64,000 bases of DNA, from contig CAXXUK010000002.1 in NCBI GenBank assembly GCA_963665125.2, positions 896,001-960,000 of the forward strand, in the 5' to 3' direction. A program made the translations under genes and the position numbers. The notes beneath the pieces were generated by a model. It was not told where the DNA came from, made no database searches, and was given only the letters and a program-made list of their open reading frames with translations. This document shows positions 20,087 through 28,780 of this stretch, one piece after another. Within the stretch, counting starts at the first letter, position 1; each line of letters begins with the position of its first letter. Origin of the DNA: an uncultured Desulfarculus sp. (lineage in GTDB: Bacteria > Desulfobacterota > Desulfarculia > Desulfarculales > Desulfarculaceae).

Positions 20087-21603
20087 TTTTTCTCCCAGAG
20101 CCGGGCGGCCCCAAGATCGGGCCGGAAGTTGTGATCCATGTAAAAACCCGGAACCGTGTCCCGGTGGGCATAGATGCTGATCTCGTGATAAAGCGGTATC
20201 AGCGGCATTTCGCTGCTGAATATCTCTTCCAAGCGAAGGTAGTCCTCCAGGCGCATTGCCGGATCGGTTTCGACGCGGCCTTTTTCAATGAGGGCGAAGG
20301 CCTCCATGTTTTGCCAGCCGCTGGAGGCGGGCGCTTCGGGGGCCAGGTAATAGGCGTAAAAAAAGTCGGGATCGCCGGTCATCAGGGTGTTGGGCTGCAA
20401 GGCGATGTCAAAGCGGCCTTCTCTGATGGACTGGTAGTAGCTGCCCGGCTCTTCGATGCGGATTTGCGAGGCCAGTCCCTGCCGTGACAGCCGTTCCTGG
20501 ATCAGTTGGGCCATATCCAGATAGGGCCAGCGTTGCAGGGTGCCGCCGTGCAGCAGAATGGTCAGTTCACGTCCCGTTGCCGGGGGCTTTTCACCGGGTC
20601 CCGGCTGGACCAGACCAAAGGCCCAGCGCCGGGCTATGCGGGCGTATGGGTCCTTGGCCGCCACCCCCGAATCGGGCACCAGGGCCTGCACCAGCTTTGG
20701 CGGATCGATGACCGCTGCCAGCCAACACCGGGCCACGGCCGTGTTCAGGGGCGCATTGGCGCAGTTGAGCAGGGCGTAGTGGGTGGTGGCCACTTCCTGT
20801 TTTTTAAGGACAACGCCAGGCCAGTCCTCCAGGTCCGGCACCTGTTCGGGCAGAATGCCCCCAACGTCGGCCACGGCCTGTATTTCACCAGCCTGCAAGG
20901 CCATCAACCGGGTCTGGGCGTCCGGGATGAATTTAAAAACCACTTTTTCAAAGCGCGGTTTGCCCAGCCAATGATCATCCACCCGGCTCAGCACGATCTC
21001 CCGGCCCGGCAGCACGGTTTCGGGCTTGTACGGCCCGGTGGAGATGAATTTTTTGATGCGCCCCTGTTCATCAAAGCACTCGGCCTTGAAAATGGGGCTG
21101 GCGTAGTAGGCCACCTGGTTGGGGAAATCCGGGGCAGGCCGTTTGAGGTGAAAAATCACTTCGTTCCCGGCGGCCTCCACCTTGGCCAAGTGGCGGAAAT
21201 TGGCCGTGGCGTCGTATTTGGGGCTTTCGGCGATGCGCCGCACGCTGGCCACCACGTCATCGGCCGTCAGGGGCGTGCCGTCGTGGAACTTGACGCCCTG
21301 GCGCAGGGTGAATGTCCACACCCGGCAGCCGTCCGATGAGCGCCAGCCCTTGGCCAGCCAGGGCACGGCCTCCAGCGAGGGGCCCAGGTAGGTCAGCGCC
21401 TCCCAGGTGTTGGTGGAGCCGTGTAGATAGGCCCTGCTGTCCGGGCCGTCATAAAAATCCCGTCCTACGCCGATGGTCAGATTTCGGGCCGCGGTGGGTT
21501 CCCCGGCAATGGCCGGAGAACCCGCCGGAACCCGGCAGGGTAGCAAGACAAACGCCGCCGCCAGAAGCAGCAGGACGATTTTATGTACCCAAGGTGACTT
21601 CAC
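20083..21603 (-). CDS. ABC substrate-binding protein, family 5 (NikA/OppA-like)
   Basis: Signal peptide; WTFTLRQGVKFHDGTPLTADDV, TGPY. Confidence 0.9.
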   Translation of the reverse strand: MKSPWVHKIVLLLLAAAFVLLPCRVPAGSPAIAGEPTAARNLTIGVGRDFYDGPDSRAYLHGSTNTWEALTYLGPSLEAVPWLAKGWRSSDGCRVWTFTLRQGVKFHDGTPLTADDVVASVRRIAESPKYDATANFRHLAKVEAAGNEVIFHLKRPAPDFPNQVAYYASPIFKAECFDEQGRIKKFISTGPYKPETVLPGREIVLSRVDDHWLGKPRFEKVVFKFIPDAQTRLMALQAGEIQAVADVGGILPEQVPDLEDWPGVVLKKQEVATTHYALLNCANAPLNTAVARCWLAAVIDPPKLVQALVPDSGVAAKDPYARIARRWAFGLVQPGPGEKPPATGRELTILLHGGTLQRWPYLDMAQLIQERLSRQGLASQIRIEEPGSYYQSIREGRFDIALQPNTLMTGDPDFFYAYYLAPEAPASSGWQNMEAFALIEKGRVETDPAMRLEDYLRLEEIFSSEMPLIPLYHEISIYAHRDTVPGFYMDHNFRPDLGAARLWEKK

Positions 21604-21609
21604 GGGCGT

Positions 21610-23730
21610 TTACCAGGTGTAGCGCACGCCGACCATGGCTTCGCCGTAGAAGCCGGGGTTCACGTAAACGATTTCCGTGGCGTATTCCTGGTCAAAGATG
21701 TTCACCGCCGAAAGCGTGGTGTTCAGGGTCCAATGGTCGCTGAGCTTCCAGTCGCGCCAGATCTTGGCGTCCACGGTCTGGTACGCCTCCATGTGGTAAT
21801 ACGGCAGATCTTCGTTGTTGTCGGTGTAGTACCTGTCGCCGGAGTAGCGGAACAGAATTTCGCCGTTGACGATCTCCGGGTTGCTGTAGCGCAGGCCCAC
21901 GCTGCCCCAATAGTCCGGGGAGTTGCGCAGCTGGTTGCCCTCGTTATCCGGATTGGTCTGGTCTTCGACGATCCGGGAGTGGTTGAGGGTGGCCGCCGCG
22001 AAGAACAGGAAGTGCTCGCTCAGGGGCTGGTTCAGCGACAACTCCAGGCCGTAGATCTCGGCCTCGCCGATGTTGCGGGTCTTGATCAGGGTGGTGTTGG
22101 GCACCGTGGGGTGGTCTTCATAGGTGTAGGCCATGATGTCGCGGATGCGGCCATAGTAGACCGTGGCCTTGAACAGGGTCTGCCACTTGTTCAGGGTGAC
22201 GTCCGTCCCCAGGTCAACCATCCAGGTCTTTTCCGGGTCCAGGTCCGGGTTGGCCTCGCGCCAGGTGGAGCCGGTGTTCATGTTCTGGAAGAACCATTTG
22301 GGGTTGCCGGGCCAATAGGCCGTACCGGCGTTGGCCCGCAGGGCGACCATATCGTTAACCCGGTACTTGACGCCGCCGCGGTAGGTCACATGGTCTTTCT
22401 TGACGGCGTCGGGCTCCTTGTCGCTGGAGCCGGAGTCATAGATGTCGTGATAGCGCCAATAGTCATAGCGCACGCCGGCCAGCAGGCTCAGACGGTCATC
22501 CAGGAAAAAGGCCTGGTCCTGCAAATACACCGCCGCCATGTCGGTAGTCAGCTCGTACTTGTAGGTCTGGGTGCTGGTGGTGCCCGCGTACATGTAGTTC
22601 TTTTCTTTTTCCTGGGCAAAGGACACGCCGGCGGTCAGCACGTTGCTCTGGCCCAGGTAGAAGTCGCTCTGGACCTCGAAGGGCACCCGGTGGCGGTCCC
22701 AGTCGGTGGTGCTGGTGATGGTGTCGTTGAGCACCACCCTGCCGTTGACCAGCGACAGGCCGGTGGTCTCCTGGCTGGGAATGGACTGGTACTGATAGCC
22801 GGTGGTCACCGTCAGCTTGCCCCAATCGCTCAGCGGCGAGGTGAAGCGCAGGCTGGAGACGACCGTATCGCCGTTGTCATTGATGATGTAGTTGGACTGG
22901 CCGCCGTAGAGATAGCGCTGCTGATAGTTGATGGCGGCGGTCAGGGTCATGCCGTTGCTGCCTTCCCATCCGGCTTTGCCGGCCAGGTAGGTGTAGCGGA
23001 ACTCGTTGTCCTCCAGCGAAGCCTGCTTGACATAGCTTTTGACGCCCCGGTTGTAGAGGTCGATCATGCCGTCCAGGGGCTTCATCTGGTAGCCGTCGGA
23101 ATATTCTCCGCTGTAGCTGAGGTAATAATTGAAGTTGCCCACCTTGTCGCCTACCGCGGCATGGGGCTTGAAAGTGTTGCGCGAGCCGTAGGCGATGGAG
23201 CCCACCGCGCCCATGCCCTCTTGGCCGCTACGGGTGATGATGTTCACCGCGCCGCCGGCCGCGCTGGCACCGTACAGGGCCGAAGACGGGCCCAGCACCA
23301 CGTCAACCTGTTGGATATCATTGGGGTTGACGGCCACTGACAGGAATTGATGCAAAGGTATGCCGTCGACCAGATACACCGAACGCTGAAGGAAATGGCC
23401 CGTGCCGCGCAGATGCACCCACGGCGGTCCCCAGGGGTAGTACTGGGCCACGTGCACGCCGGGTACATCGCGGATGAACTCGCCGAAGTTGTTCATGAAA
23501 TAATTGGGCTGGTAGTCGATGTCGGTGCGGTCCACGGTGTAGGCGTCAACCGGAGAAAGTTCCGGATTCACGTCCGTCTTGGTGGACGTGACCGTCATAT
23601 CCTCAATAATGGTTTTGTTTTTAACATCTTGAGCGTCCGTCTCCACGGCCGCCCAAGCCGCGCCGCTGGCCAGCGCCAACATGACCAGCGTAGCAATGAT
23701 TGTTACGAATCCCTTACCTCTCCAACTCAT
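21610..23730 (-). CDS. TonB-dependent outer-membrane receptor (1)
   Basis: Signal peptide, TonB-box-like DMTVTS, plug motif LVDG...GPSSALYG...GGAVNIIT, NPDLDPE, C-terminal aromatic (RYTW). Confidence 0.9.
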   Translation of the reverse strand: MSWRGKGFVTIIATLVMLALASGAAWAAVETDAQDVKNKTIIEDMTVTSTKTDVNPELSPVDAYTVDRTDIDYQPNYFMNNFGEFIRDVPGVHVAQYYPWGPPWVHLRGTGHFLQRSVYLVDGIPLHQFLSVAVNPNDIQQVDVVLGPSSALYGASAAGGAVNIITRSGQEGMGAVGSIAYGSRNTFKPHAAVGDKVGNFNYYLSYSGEYSDGYQMKPLDGMIDLYNRGVKSYVKQASLEDNEFRYTYLAGKAGWEGSNGMTLTAAINYQQRYLYGGQSNYIINDNGDTVVSSLRFTSPLSDWGKLTVTTGYQYQSIPSQETTGLSLVNGRVVLNDTITSTTDWDRHRVPFEVQSDFYLGQSNVLTAGVSFAQEKEKNYMYAGTTSTQTYKYELTTDMAAVYLQDQAFFLDDRLSLLAGVRYDYWRYHDIYDSGSSDKEPDAVKKDHVTYRGGVKYRVNDMVALRANAGTAYWPGNPKWFFQNMNTGSTWREANPDLDPEKTWMVDLGTDVTLNKWQTLFKATVYYGRIRDIMAYTYEDHPTVPNTTLIKTRNIGEAEIYGLELSLNQPLSEHFLFFAAATLNHSRIVEDQTNPDNEGNQLRNSPDYWGSVGLRYSNPEIVNGEILFRYSGDRYYTDNNEDLPYYHMEAYQTVDAKIWRDWKLSDHWTLNTTLSAVNIFDQEYATEIVYVNPGFYGEAMVGVRYTW

Positions 23731-23760
23731 TTTTCGTGTCTTTCCTATTGGCACAAACGC

Positions 23761-23827
23761 AAAAAAGCCGCACCTCTTCTATGAGGTCGGCCTTCTTGAC
23801 CGGCGTTCCGCCAGGCGTCGTGCGCCT
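23761..23827 (-). promoter_or_regulatory. Leader attenuator 1: three small hairpins plus intrinsic terminator
   Basis: Terminator GCCGACCTC-ATAGAA-GAGGTGCGGC-T6 (23791-23761) lies 30 nt before the receptor start and is overlapped by hairpin GGTC-AAGAA-GGCC. Confidence 0.6.
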
Positions 23828-23976
23828 ATTATGTCAAATTCAACTTGCTGCTTCTGCTTGAGGGTTGAGCTTCTGCCCGGATAATTGAAAACTCATAACC
23901 AAATAAACAGACCGTGTCAAGGACCGCCGGCCGCGGCCCTGGTCTATTTTTCGGTCAACACCCCGAGCCTCCGGTA

Positions 23977-24022
23977 TTTGATCATGCCCCTTCGCCCTGC
24001 CGGGCAAAGGGGCATGATCAAA
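23977..24022. terminator. Strong hairpin downstream of the FmdE-like gene
   Basis: TTTGATCATGCCCCTT...AAGGGGCATGATCAAA, 16-bp perfect arms. Confidence 0.75.
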
Positions 24023-24057
24023 AAAACATCTATTTTTCAGGCAATTAGCCTGTCAAT

Positions 24058-25125
24058 CTACTCTGCTTGTACCTGCGGCCCCAGCAGTTTTGCCAGGGGA
24101 TTGGCCCCCAACCCTATTATCTCAGTCAGTTCTTCGTTGCCGTTGATTTCGCCTTGTTTGTAGATGCTCACGAAGTCTTCCGGCTTGTCCAGTCTGCTCA
24201 GGAAAAACCGGTCATAGGCGTTGTGCAGCCACGGCTTGCCCCGCCAATCCAGCTTTAAATCCGGCATGCCCATGAACTTGCGGAAATCGTCGTGTCGCCA
24301 GTCAAAGCTGAGCACATAGGCCTGGCCCTTCTTGATCTTGGGGTTGTAGCGCACCACCACCCCGCCGAGCTTGTCGTAATTTTTGTCGGCGGTCTGCCAA
24401 TTCTTGGACCAGTGATAGGACATGGTCACATAGCCGTGGGTGCCCGGAGTCAGGCGCATGTAGTCGATGATGTAGTCGTCCTGGCACCAGGCCGGAGCGC
24501 CCACGTACACGTAATGCTCGCCCGGTTGCAGTGGGATGTTCTTTTCGATGAAACGGGTGGTGAAATACCCGGTGAACACGCCGCAGCAGAGGTGGCCGTG
24601 AATAAGCGCCGCCCGCATGATATCTTCGGGCAGGCCCATGGCCCAGCCGTTGGCCAGGGTGACCAGGTTGAAGGCCATGTGGCCGTAGGCCTTCATAAAA
24701 GGCTCAAAGGAAGTGCCCTTGCCGATGAATATGTTCAGGGCGGGCTGCATCTTGACGGAGCCGTTTTCCACCACCCCGTACGACGCCAGCAGTTTTTCCG
24801 GGCCCGACTTTTTGATGAACATGAAATACAGGGGCTGGCCGGGTTTGCCGGGCCGCACCAGCAGGTTGCCCCGGCCCACGCTTATGGGCGTTTGGTCGGC
24901 CAACATGTCCAGGACCGCCAGGGTGCTCTGGCCGTTGTATTGGGCATACCCGGCGTTGGTCAGGCAGGCCACGTACTCCGGGTTGTCCAGTTTGCCCAGC
25001 TTATCCCCGGCCTGCTCCACGGCGCTTTGGACCACGTCCGGCAAGGCCCCGGCCTGGGCGGCAAAGCAAAGCCCGGCCGCCAGCAGGGCGGTCAACGCGG
25101 CTATGCGCATCAGTTTTAAAAACAT
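24058..25125 (-). CDS. FmdE-family protein with signal peptide
   Basis: HGHLCCGVFTGY and WCQDD...TPG motifs; N-terminal signal ending AQAGA. Confidence 0.75.
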   Translation of the reverse strand: MFLKLMRIAALTALLAAGLCFAAQAGALPDVVQSAVEQAGDKLGKLDNPEYVACLTNAGYAQYNGQSTLAVLDMLADQTPISVGRGNLLVRPGKPGQPLYFMFIKKSGPEKLLASYGVVENGSVKMQPALNIFIGKGTSFEPFMKAYGHMAFNLVTLANGWAMGLPEDIMRAALIHGHLCCGVFTGYFTTRFIEKNIPLQPGEHYVYVGAPAWCQDDYIIDYMRLTPGTHGYVTMSYHWSKNWQTADKNYDKLGGVVVRYNPKIKKGQAYVLSFDWRHDDFRKFMGMPDLKLDWRGKPWLHNAYDRFFLSRLDKPEDFVSIYKQGEINGNEELTEIIGLGANPLAKLLGPQVQAE

Positions 25126-25127
25126 CG

Positions 25128-25736
25128 CTAATCCTCGTAGTGGGGGGCAAGGATGTCCTTGCCGTCAAAGAACATGGCCCCGTACGGTTCGAAGGCGCCA
25201 AGGTCCTTGAGCGTCACGAAGCGCATGCCCTTGTTGTTTTGCAACATCATCAGCGGCTGGGCCTTTTCCGGATCAAAGCCGCCGTTTTCATCCAGGCATC
25301 CGTCGTCGAACTCCAGGTTCACCACCCGGCCCAGGATCAGCACATGGGATTTCTCCACGTACTGTTTGACCAACTCACACTCCAGCCAGGCGATGCAGCC
25401 GTCAACCCCCGGCGGGGCCACAACCTTGGAGGCGCGGGGTGTCAGCCCGGCCACCTCGAATTCGCTGACCTCGGGCGGATGGGCCTGAGCCGTTGGTATC
25501 ACCTTGTCGACCATGGCGGCCGGGGGCACGCTGATGACGAACTGCCCGTTGGCCCGGATGTTTTTCAGGGTGTCGCGCTTGTGCCAGGAGGCCACGCAGA
25601 CCAGGTCCGTAGGCCGCAGCACGGCCATCAGGTTGGAATACGGGGCCACGTTGAGTACGCCCTTTTCATCCTGGGTGGACAAAAACGCCACCAAGCCTGG
25701 GAAGGCGAATTCTCTCTTGAACGGTTTGGCCTGCAT
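25128..25736 (-). CDS. Flavin reductase family (flavoredoxin-like) protein
   Basis: NVAPYS, DTLKNIRANGQFVI, EFEVAGLT, WLECEL. Confidence 0.85.
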   Translation of the reverse strand: MQAKPFKREFAFPGLVAFLSTQDEKGVLNVAPYSNLMAVLRPTDLVCVASWHKRDTLKNIRANGQFVISVPPAAMVDKVIPTAQAHPPEVSEFEVAGLTPRASKVVAPPGVDGCIAWLECELVKQYVEKSHVLILGRVVNLEFDDGCLDENGGFDPEKAQPLMMLQNNKGMRFVTLKDLGAFEPYGAMFFDGKDILAPHYED

Positions 25737-25748
25737 GGACCAACTCCT

Positions 25749-27875
25749 CTAATACAGGTAACGAATGCCGCCGATGACCGTGCAACCGGGCATGGGGTAG
25801 CCGGCTTCCAGTTCGTAATCCTGATCCAAAAGGTTCTCGGCGCTGGCCACCAGTTCCCACTTGCCCCAGTCGGTGTCGGCCAGGCGGTAGGTGGCGTAGG
25901 CGTTGAGCAGCACGTAGGAGCCCAGTTCATGCAGCGTCTTGTTGCTCAGGTAATCGCGTTTGCCCACAAAGTGCATGTTAATGCCGATGTTGAACTTCTC
26001 CGGCAAGCGGTAGTCCAGGCCCACGTTGGCCATGACCTCGGGGAAGTTTGGCAACTGGGCCTCGGACTGGTTGGCGCTGTCCCAGGGATCGCCTTCCTTT
26101 TCGGCATCCTGCAAAGTCAGGTTGCCCCAGAGATGCAGGTTCCAGGGCAGCTTGACGGCGGCCTCAAACTCGGCGCCCTTGATATCGACTTGGTCGATAT
26201 TGTAGACCACCGTGCCGACGCCGGAGACCGTGGTGGACGCCAGGTAGTTGTCCACCTTGTAGTAGTAGGCCCTGGCCGCCAATACGGCACGGTTGCCTAT
26301 GCGCTGTTCGATGCCCAGCTCATACTGCAAGGCCTTTTCCGGCTCCAGGGAGGTATTGAAGAACCCGCTGCCCTTGTTGAGGTACCACCAGAAATACTCC
26401 GGCGAGTTGGGGTAACGATGGGCGATGCCCACCCGCAGGCCGATGACGGCGCCTTCCCAGGCGTTGTAGCGGATGGCCATGCGCGGGTCCACGCTGCTTT
26501 CAGAAAGGCTGGTGGCCTGAGCCGTGGCCGGGAATCCGAAGGCCGCCGGATCGATCTCCTTGGCCTCGAACCACTCTCCGCGCAGGCCGAATTCGATCTC
26601 CAGATTCTGCAGGGCCTGCCAGGTGTCCTGGGCGTATACGGCGTTGTATTGCAGGCAGTCGGGCTGGCCCTCGAAACCTTGGCTGACAAAGCTGAAGTAG
26701 TTGATCGAGCCGTTGAACTGGCTGCGGTCGATATAGGGCACGGTCTGGTCGCCCCAGCCATAGGTGCGGGTCTCGCCGCCGATCTCAATGGTATGGTCGC
26801 CCAGGGTGTAGTCGAAATCGGCCATTATCTGCCAGTTGTTGTCTTCCGGCGTGGTGTCGCGCTCGTAGATCTTGCCGCCGCCGTCAGTGCTGTTGTAGTA
26901 GGTCTCCTTGGTTTCCTGATTCCACAACATGCCTTTGACCGTAAACGATCCGGCCTCGAACTTCTTTTTGACAAAGGCCGTGTACAGCGTGTTGGTGTCG
27001 GTCATTTCGGTGTCATTGCCCCAGCCGAGGACGCCCCGGATCAGGCGCCCGCTGACGCCCGGCCCGCCCAGTTCCTTTTGGTCGGCGTCGGGCTTGTCGC
27101 CGTCGTAGTAGGGGCTATCGGTGCGGTTGTAGACGGGCATGCCGGTCTTGCCGTCGCTGTAGTAAATCGACGCGCCGGCCTCCATCTGCCAGGGCAGGTC
27201 AAAGGTGAGCTGGCCGGAGATGTTGTTGCGGTCGGCGTAATTGTTGCGCAGGTAACCATCGGACTGGTAGTGCCCCGCCGAGATGGACCAGCCAACCGGG
27301 CCCAGCTTCATACGATGGGCCGCGTTGACGTTGAGGGTGTCAAAGCTGCCGTAGGTGGCCTGGACCGTGGCATCGGGTTTTTCGGTGGGTTTTTTGGTGA
27401 TGATGTTGATGACGCCGCCCAGGGTGTTGCCATATTTCACGGGCACCGAGCCGCGCATGATCTCGATATTTTCAACCCATTCCGGTGAAATGGTGCTCCA
27501 ATCCACCGGGCCGTTGCCGTATGAGCCGTCCCGCTGGATGGGCATTCCGTCGACCATGACCCGGAACCGGGTTTGGTTGAAGCCCCTGAGCCGGACCTCG
27601 GCCTCCTTGTTGCCGAACAGCGACGTGCCCAGGATCTGCACGCCTGCCTGGCCCAGCAGGGAGTCGATCACCGAACCGGACATGGTCGGCCGCTCGATGA
27701 CTTCTTGATAAATTACCGAATCACCCAGGGCGTCGTCGGTGACACCCGTGCCCTGCACCCAGACATCTTCCATTTTCTGGGTTTGTTGCTGCTGTTGTTC
27801 TTCTTCCGCCCATGCAGGCAACGCCACAAGGGCGGCGCATATTGCGATGATGACCAGATATGTAGCTTTACGCAT
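25749..27875 (-). CDS. TonB-dependent outer-membrane receptor (2)
   Basis: RBS GAGGAG/GGGG; signal peptide; LRGF, MVDG, IEIMRGS...YGNTLGGVINIITKK; ENLLD; C-terminal RYLY. Confidence 0.9.
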   Translation of the reverse strand: MRKATYLVIIAICAALVALPAWAEEEQQQQQTQKMEDVWVQGTGVTDDALGDSVIYQEVIERPTMSGSVIDSLLGQAGVQILGTSLFGNKEAEVRLRGFNQTRFRVMVDGMPIQRDGSYGNGPVDWSTISPEWVENIEIMRGSVPVKYGNTLGGVINIITKKPTEKPDATVQATYGSFDTLNVNAAHRMKLGPVGWSISAGHYQSDGYLRNNYADRNNISGQLTFDLPWQMEAGASIYYSDGKTGMPVYNRTDSPYYDGDKPDADQKELGGPGVSGRLIRGVLGWGNDTEMTDTNTLYTAFVKKKFEAGSFTVKGMLWNQETKETYYNSTDGGGKIYERDTTPEDNNWQIMADFDYTLGDHTIEIGGETRTYGWGDQTVPYIDRSQFNGSINYFSFVSQGFEGQPDCLQYNAVYAQDTWQALQNLEIEFGLRGEWFEAKEIDPAAFGFPATAQATSLSESSVDPRMAIRYNAWEGAVIGLRVGIAHRYPNSPEYFWWYLNKGSGFFNTSLEPEKALQYELGIEQRIGNRAVLAARAYYYKVDNYLASTTVSGVGTVVYNIDQVDIKGAEFEAAVKLPWNLHLWGNLTLQDAEKEGDPWDSANQSEAQLPNFPEVMANVGLDYRLPEKFNIGINMHFVGKRDYLSNKTLHELGSYVLLNAYATYRLADTDWGKWELVASAENLLDQDYELEAGYPMPGCTVIGGIRYLY

Positions 27876-27889
27876 TTCCCCTCTCCTCG

Positions 27890-27971
27890 AAAACAAAAAG
27901 GCCCGAACCCCTTTCAATGGGGCCTCGGACCTTCATGGTCGCCGCCGAAAACGGTATGGGCCTGTCTTGGC
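27890..27971 (-). promoter_or_regulatory. Leader attenuator 2: three small hairpins plus intrinsic terminator
   Basis: Terminator AAGGTCCGAGGCCCC-ATTGAAA-GGGGTTCGGGCCTTTTTGTTTT overlapped by hairpin GACC-ATGAA-GGTC. Confidence 0.6.
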
Positions 27972-27972
27972 T

Positions 27973-28506
27973 TTAAGCCGTGCTGTGATGAACTATGATC
28001 AGGCTGCAACCCTCAGCCGACCGGATCGAGTGCTCTTGCAGTGCCCGAAAGGAGATTGCCTGGCCGTGTCTCAAATCATAGGCCCGGCCGCCGACTTCTA
28101 TTTCCAAGCTTCCGGAAAGCACCATCATTGTTTCTTGCGTATTTTCATGAATCTGGGGGTCAAAAGACGCCCCGGCTCCAGGTTCCACCTTCAGATGGAA
28201 TATTTCCGCGCCCGGCAGCACCAGACGGCTGCCCTCCATTCCATTTATGGCAAAAGGCTGGGCTTCATAGACAGTGGCCTGGCTGTTCTCAACCATGGCC
28301 AGCAAGGCGGTTGCAGTCATGCCCAACACGCCGGAAATCGCGCCCAGGGTGCCGAGGGTCGGATTGGCCTTGCCGCTTTCTATCTTGGCCACGGTGGACC
28401 GGGTCAAATTGGCCTGACGGGCCATCTCTTCAGCGGTAAAGCCGCGTTTTTTCCTCAGGTTACTAATAACCGTAAGATCAAAGCCGTTCTCAGCCATATG
28501 CTCCAA
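27973..28506 (-). CDS. XRE-family HTH + cupin transcriptional regulator
   Basis: LRKKRGFT...AKIESGKANPTLGTL; cupin H...E..VLSG...EH; start TTG 28506 or ATG 28497. Confidence 0.85.
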   Translation of the reverse strand: MEHMAENGFDLTVISNLRKKRGFTAEEMARQANLTRSTVAKIESGKANPTLGTLGAISGVLGMTATALLAMVENSQATVYEAQPFAINGMEGSRLVLPGAEIFHLKVEPGAGASFDPQIHENTQETMMVLSGSLEIEVGGRAYDLRHGQAISFRALQEHSIRSAEGCSLIIVHHSTA

Positions 28507-28780
28507 TTGCCTATTAATTCGGACACTATTTATAATATATTACACACGGTGTCAACGTAAATTCAGTGCCTATTTAATAACATGATTCTTATTTTTATCG
28601 TAGGTATGGTGTTGAAATAATAGTGTCATACCAATTGATATTCGTCACGACCGGGTAGCTTTCCTCGATACACAGGTCATCTTGTACTAAGTACGCACAG
28701 CCCGAGCACCTCTGCCCACCCAGACGCGCCAGCTTTTTCGGCAAAAGATCATCAAGACAGTCAACTATCTTTGCCAACAC

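Noticed and set aside
23761..23900. Cobalamin, Moco or NiCo riboswitch, or a Fur box, upstream of TonB receptor 1
   Set aside because: No B12-box or other recognisable core; GATAATTGAAAACTCATAACC matches Fur only weakly.
28595..28780. 61-aa ORF between the AraC and XRE genes
   Set aside because: No RBS or motif; may be spacer or an unrecognisable remnant.
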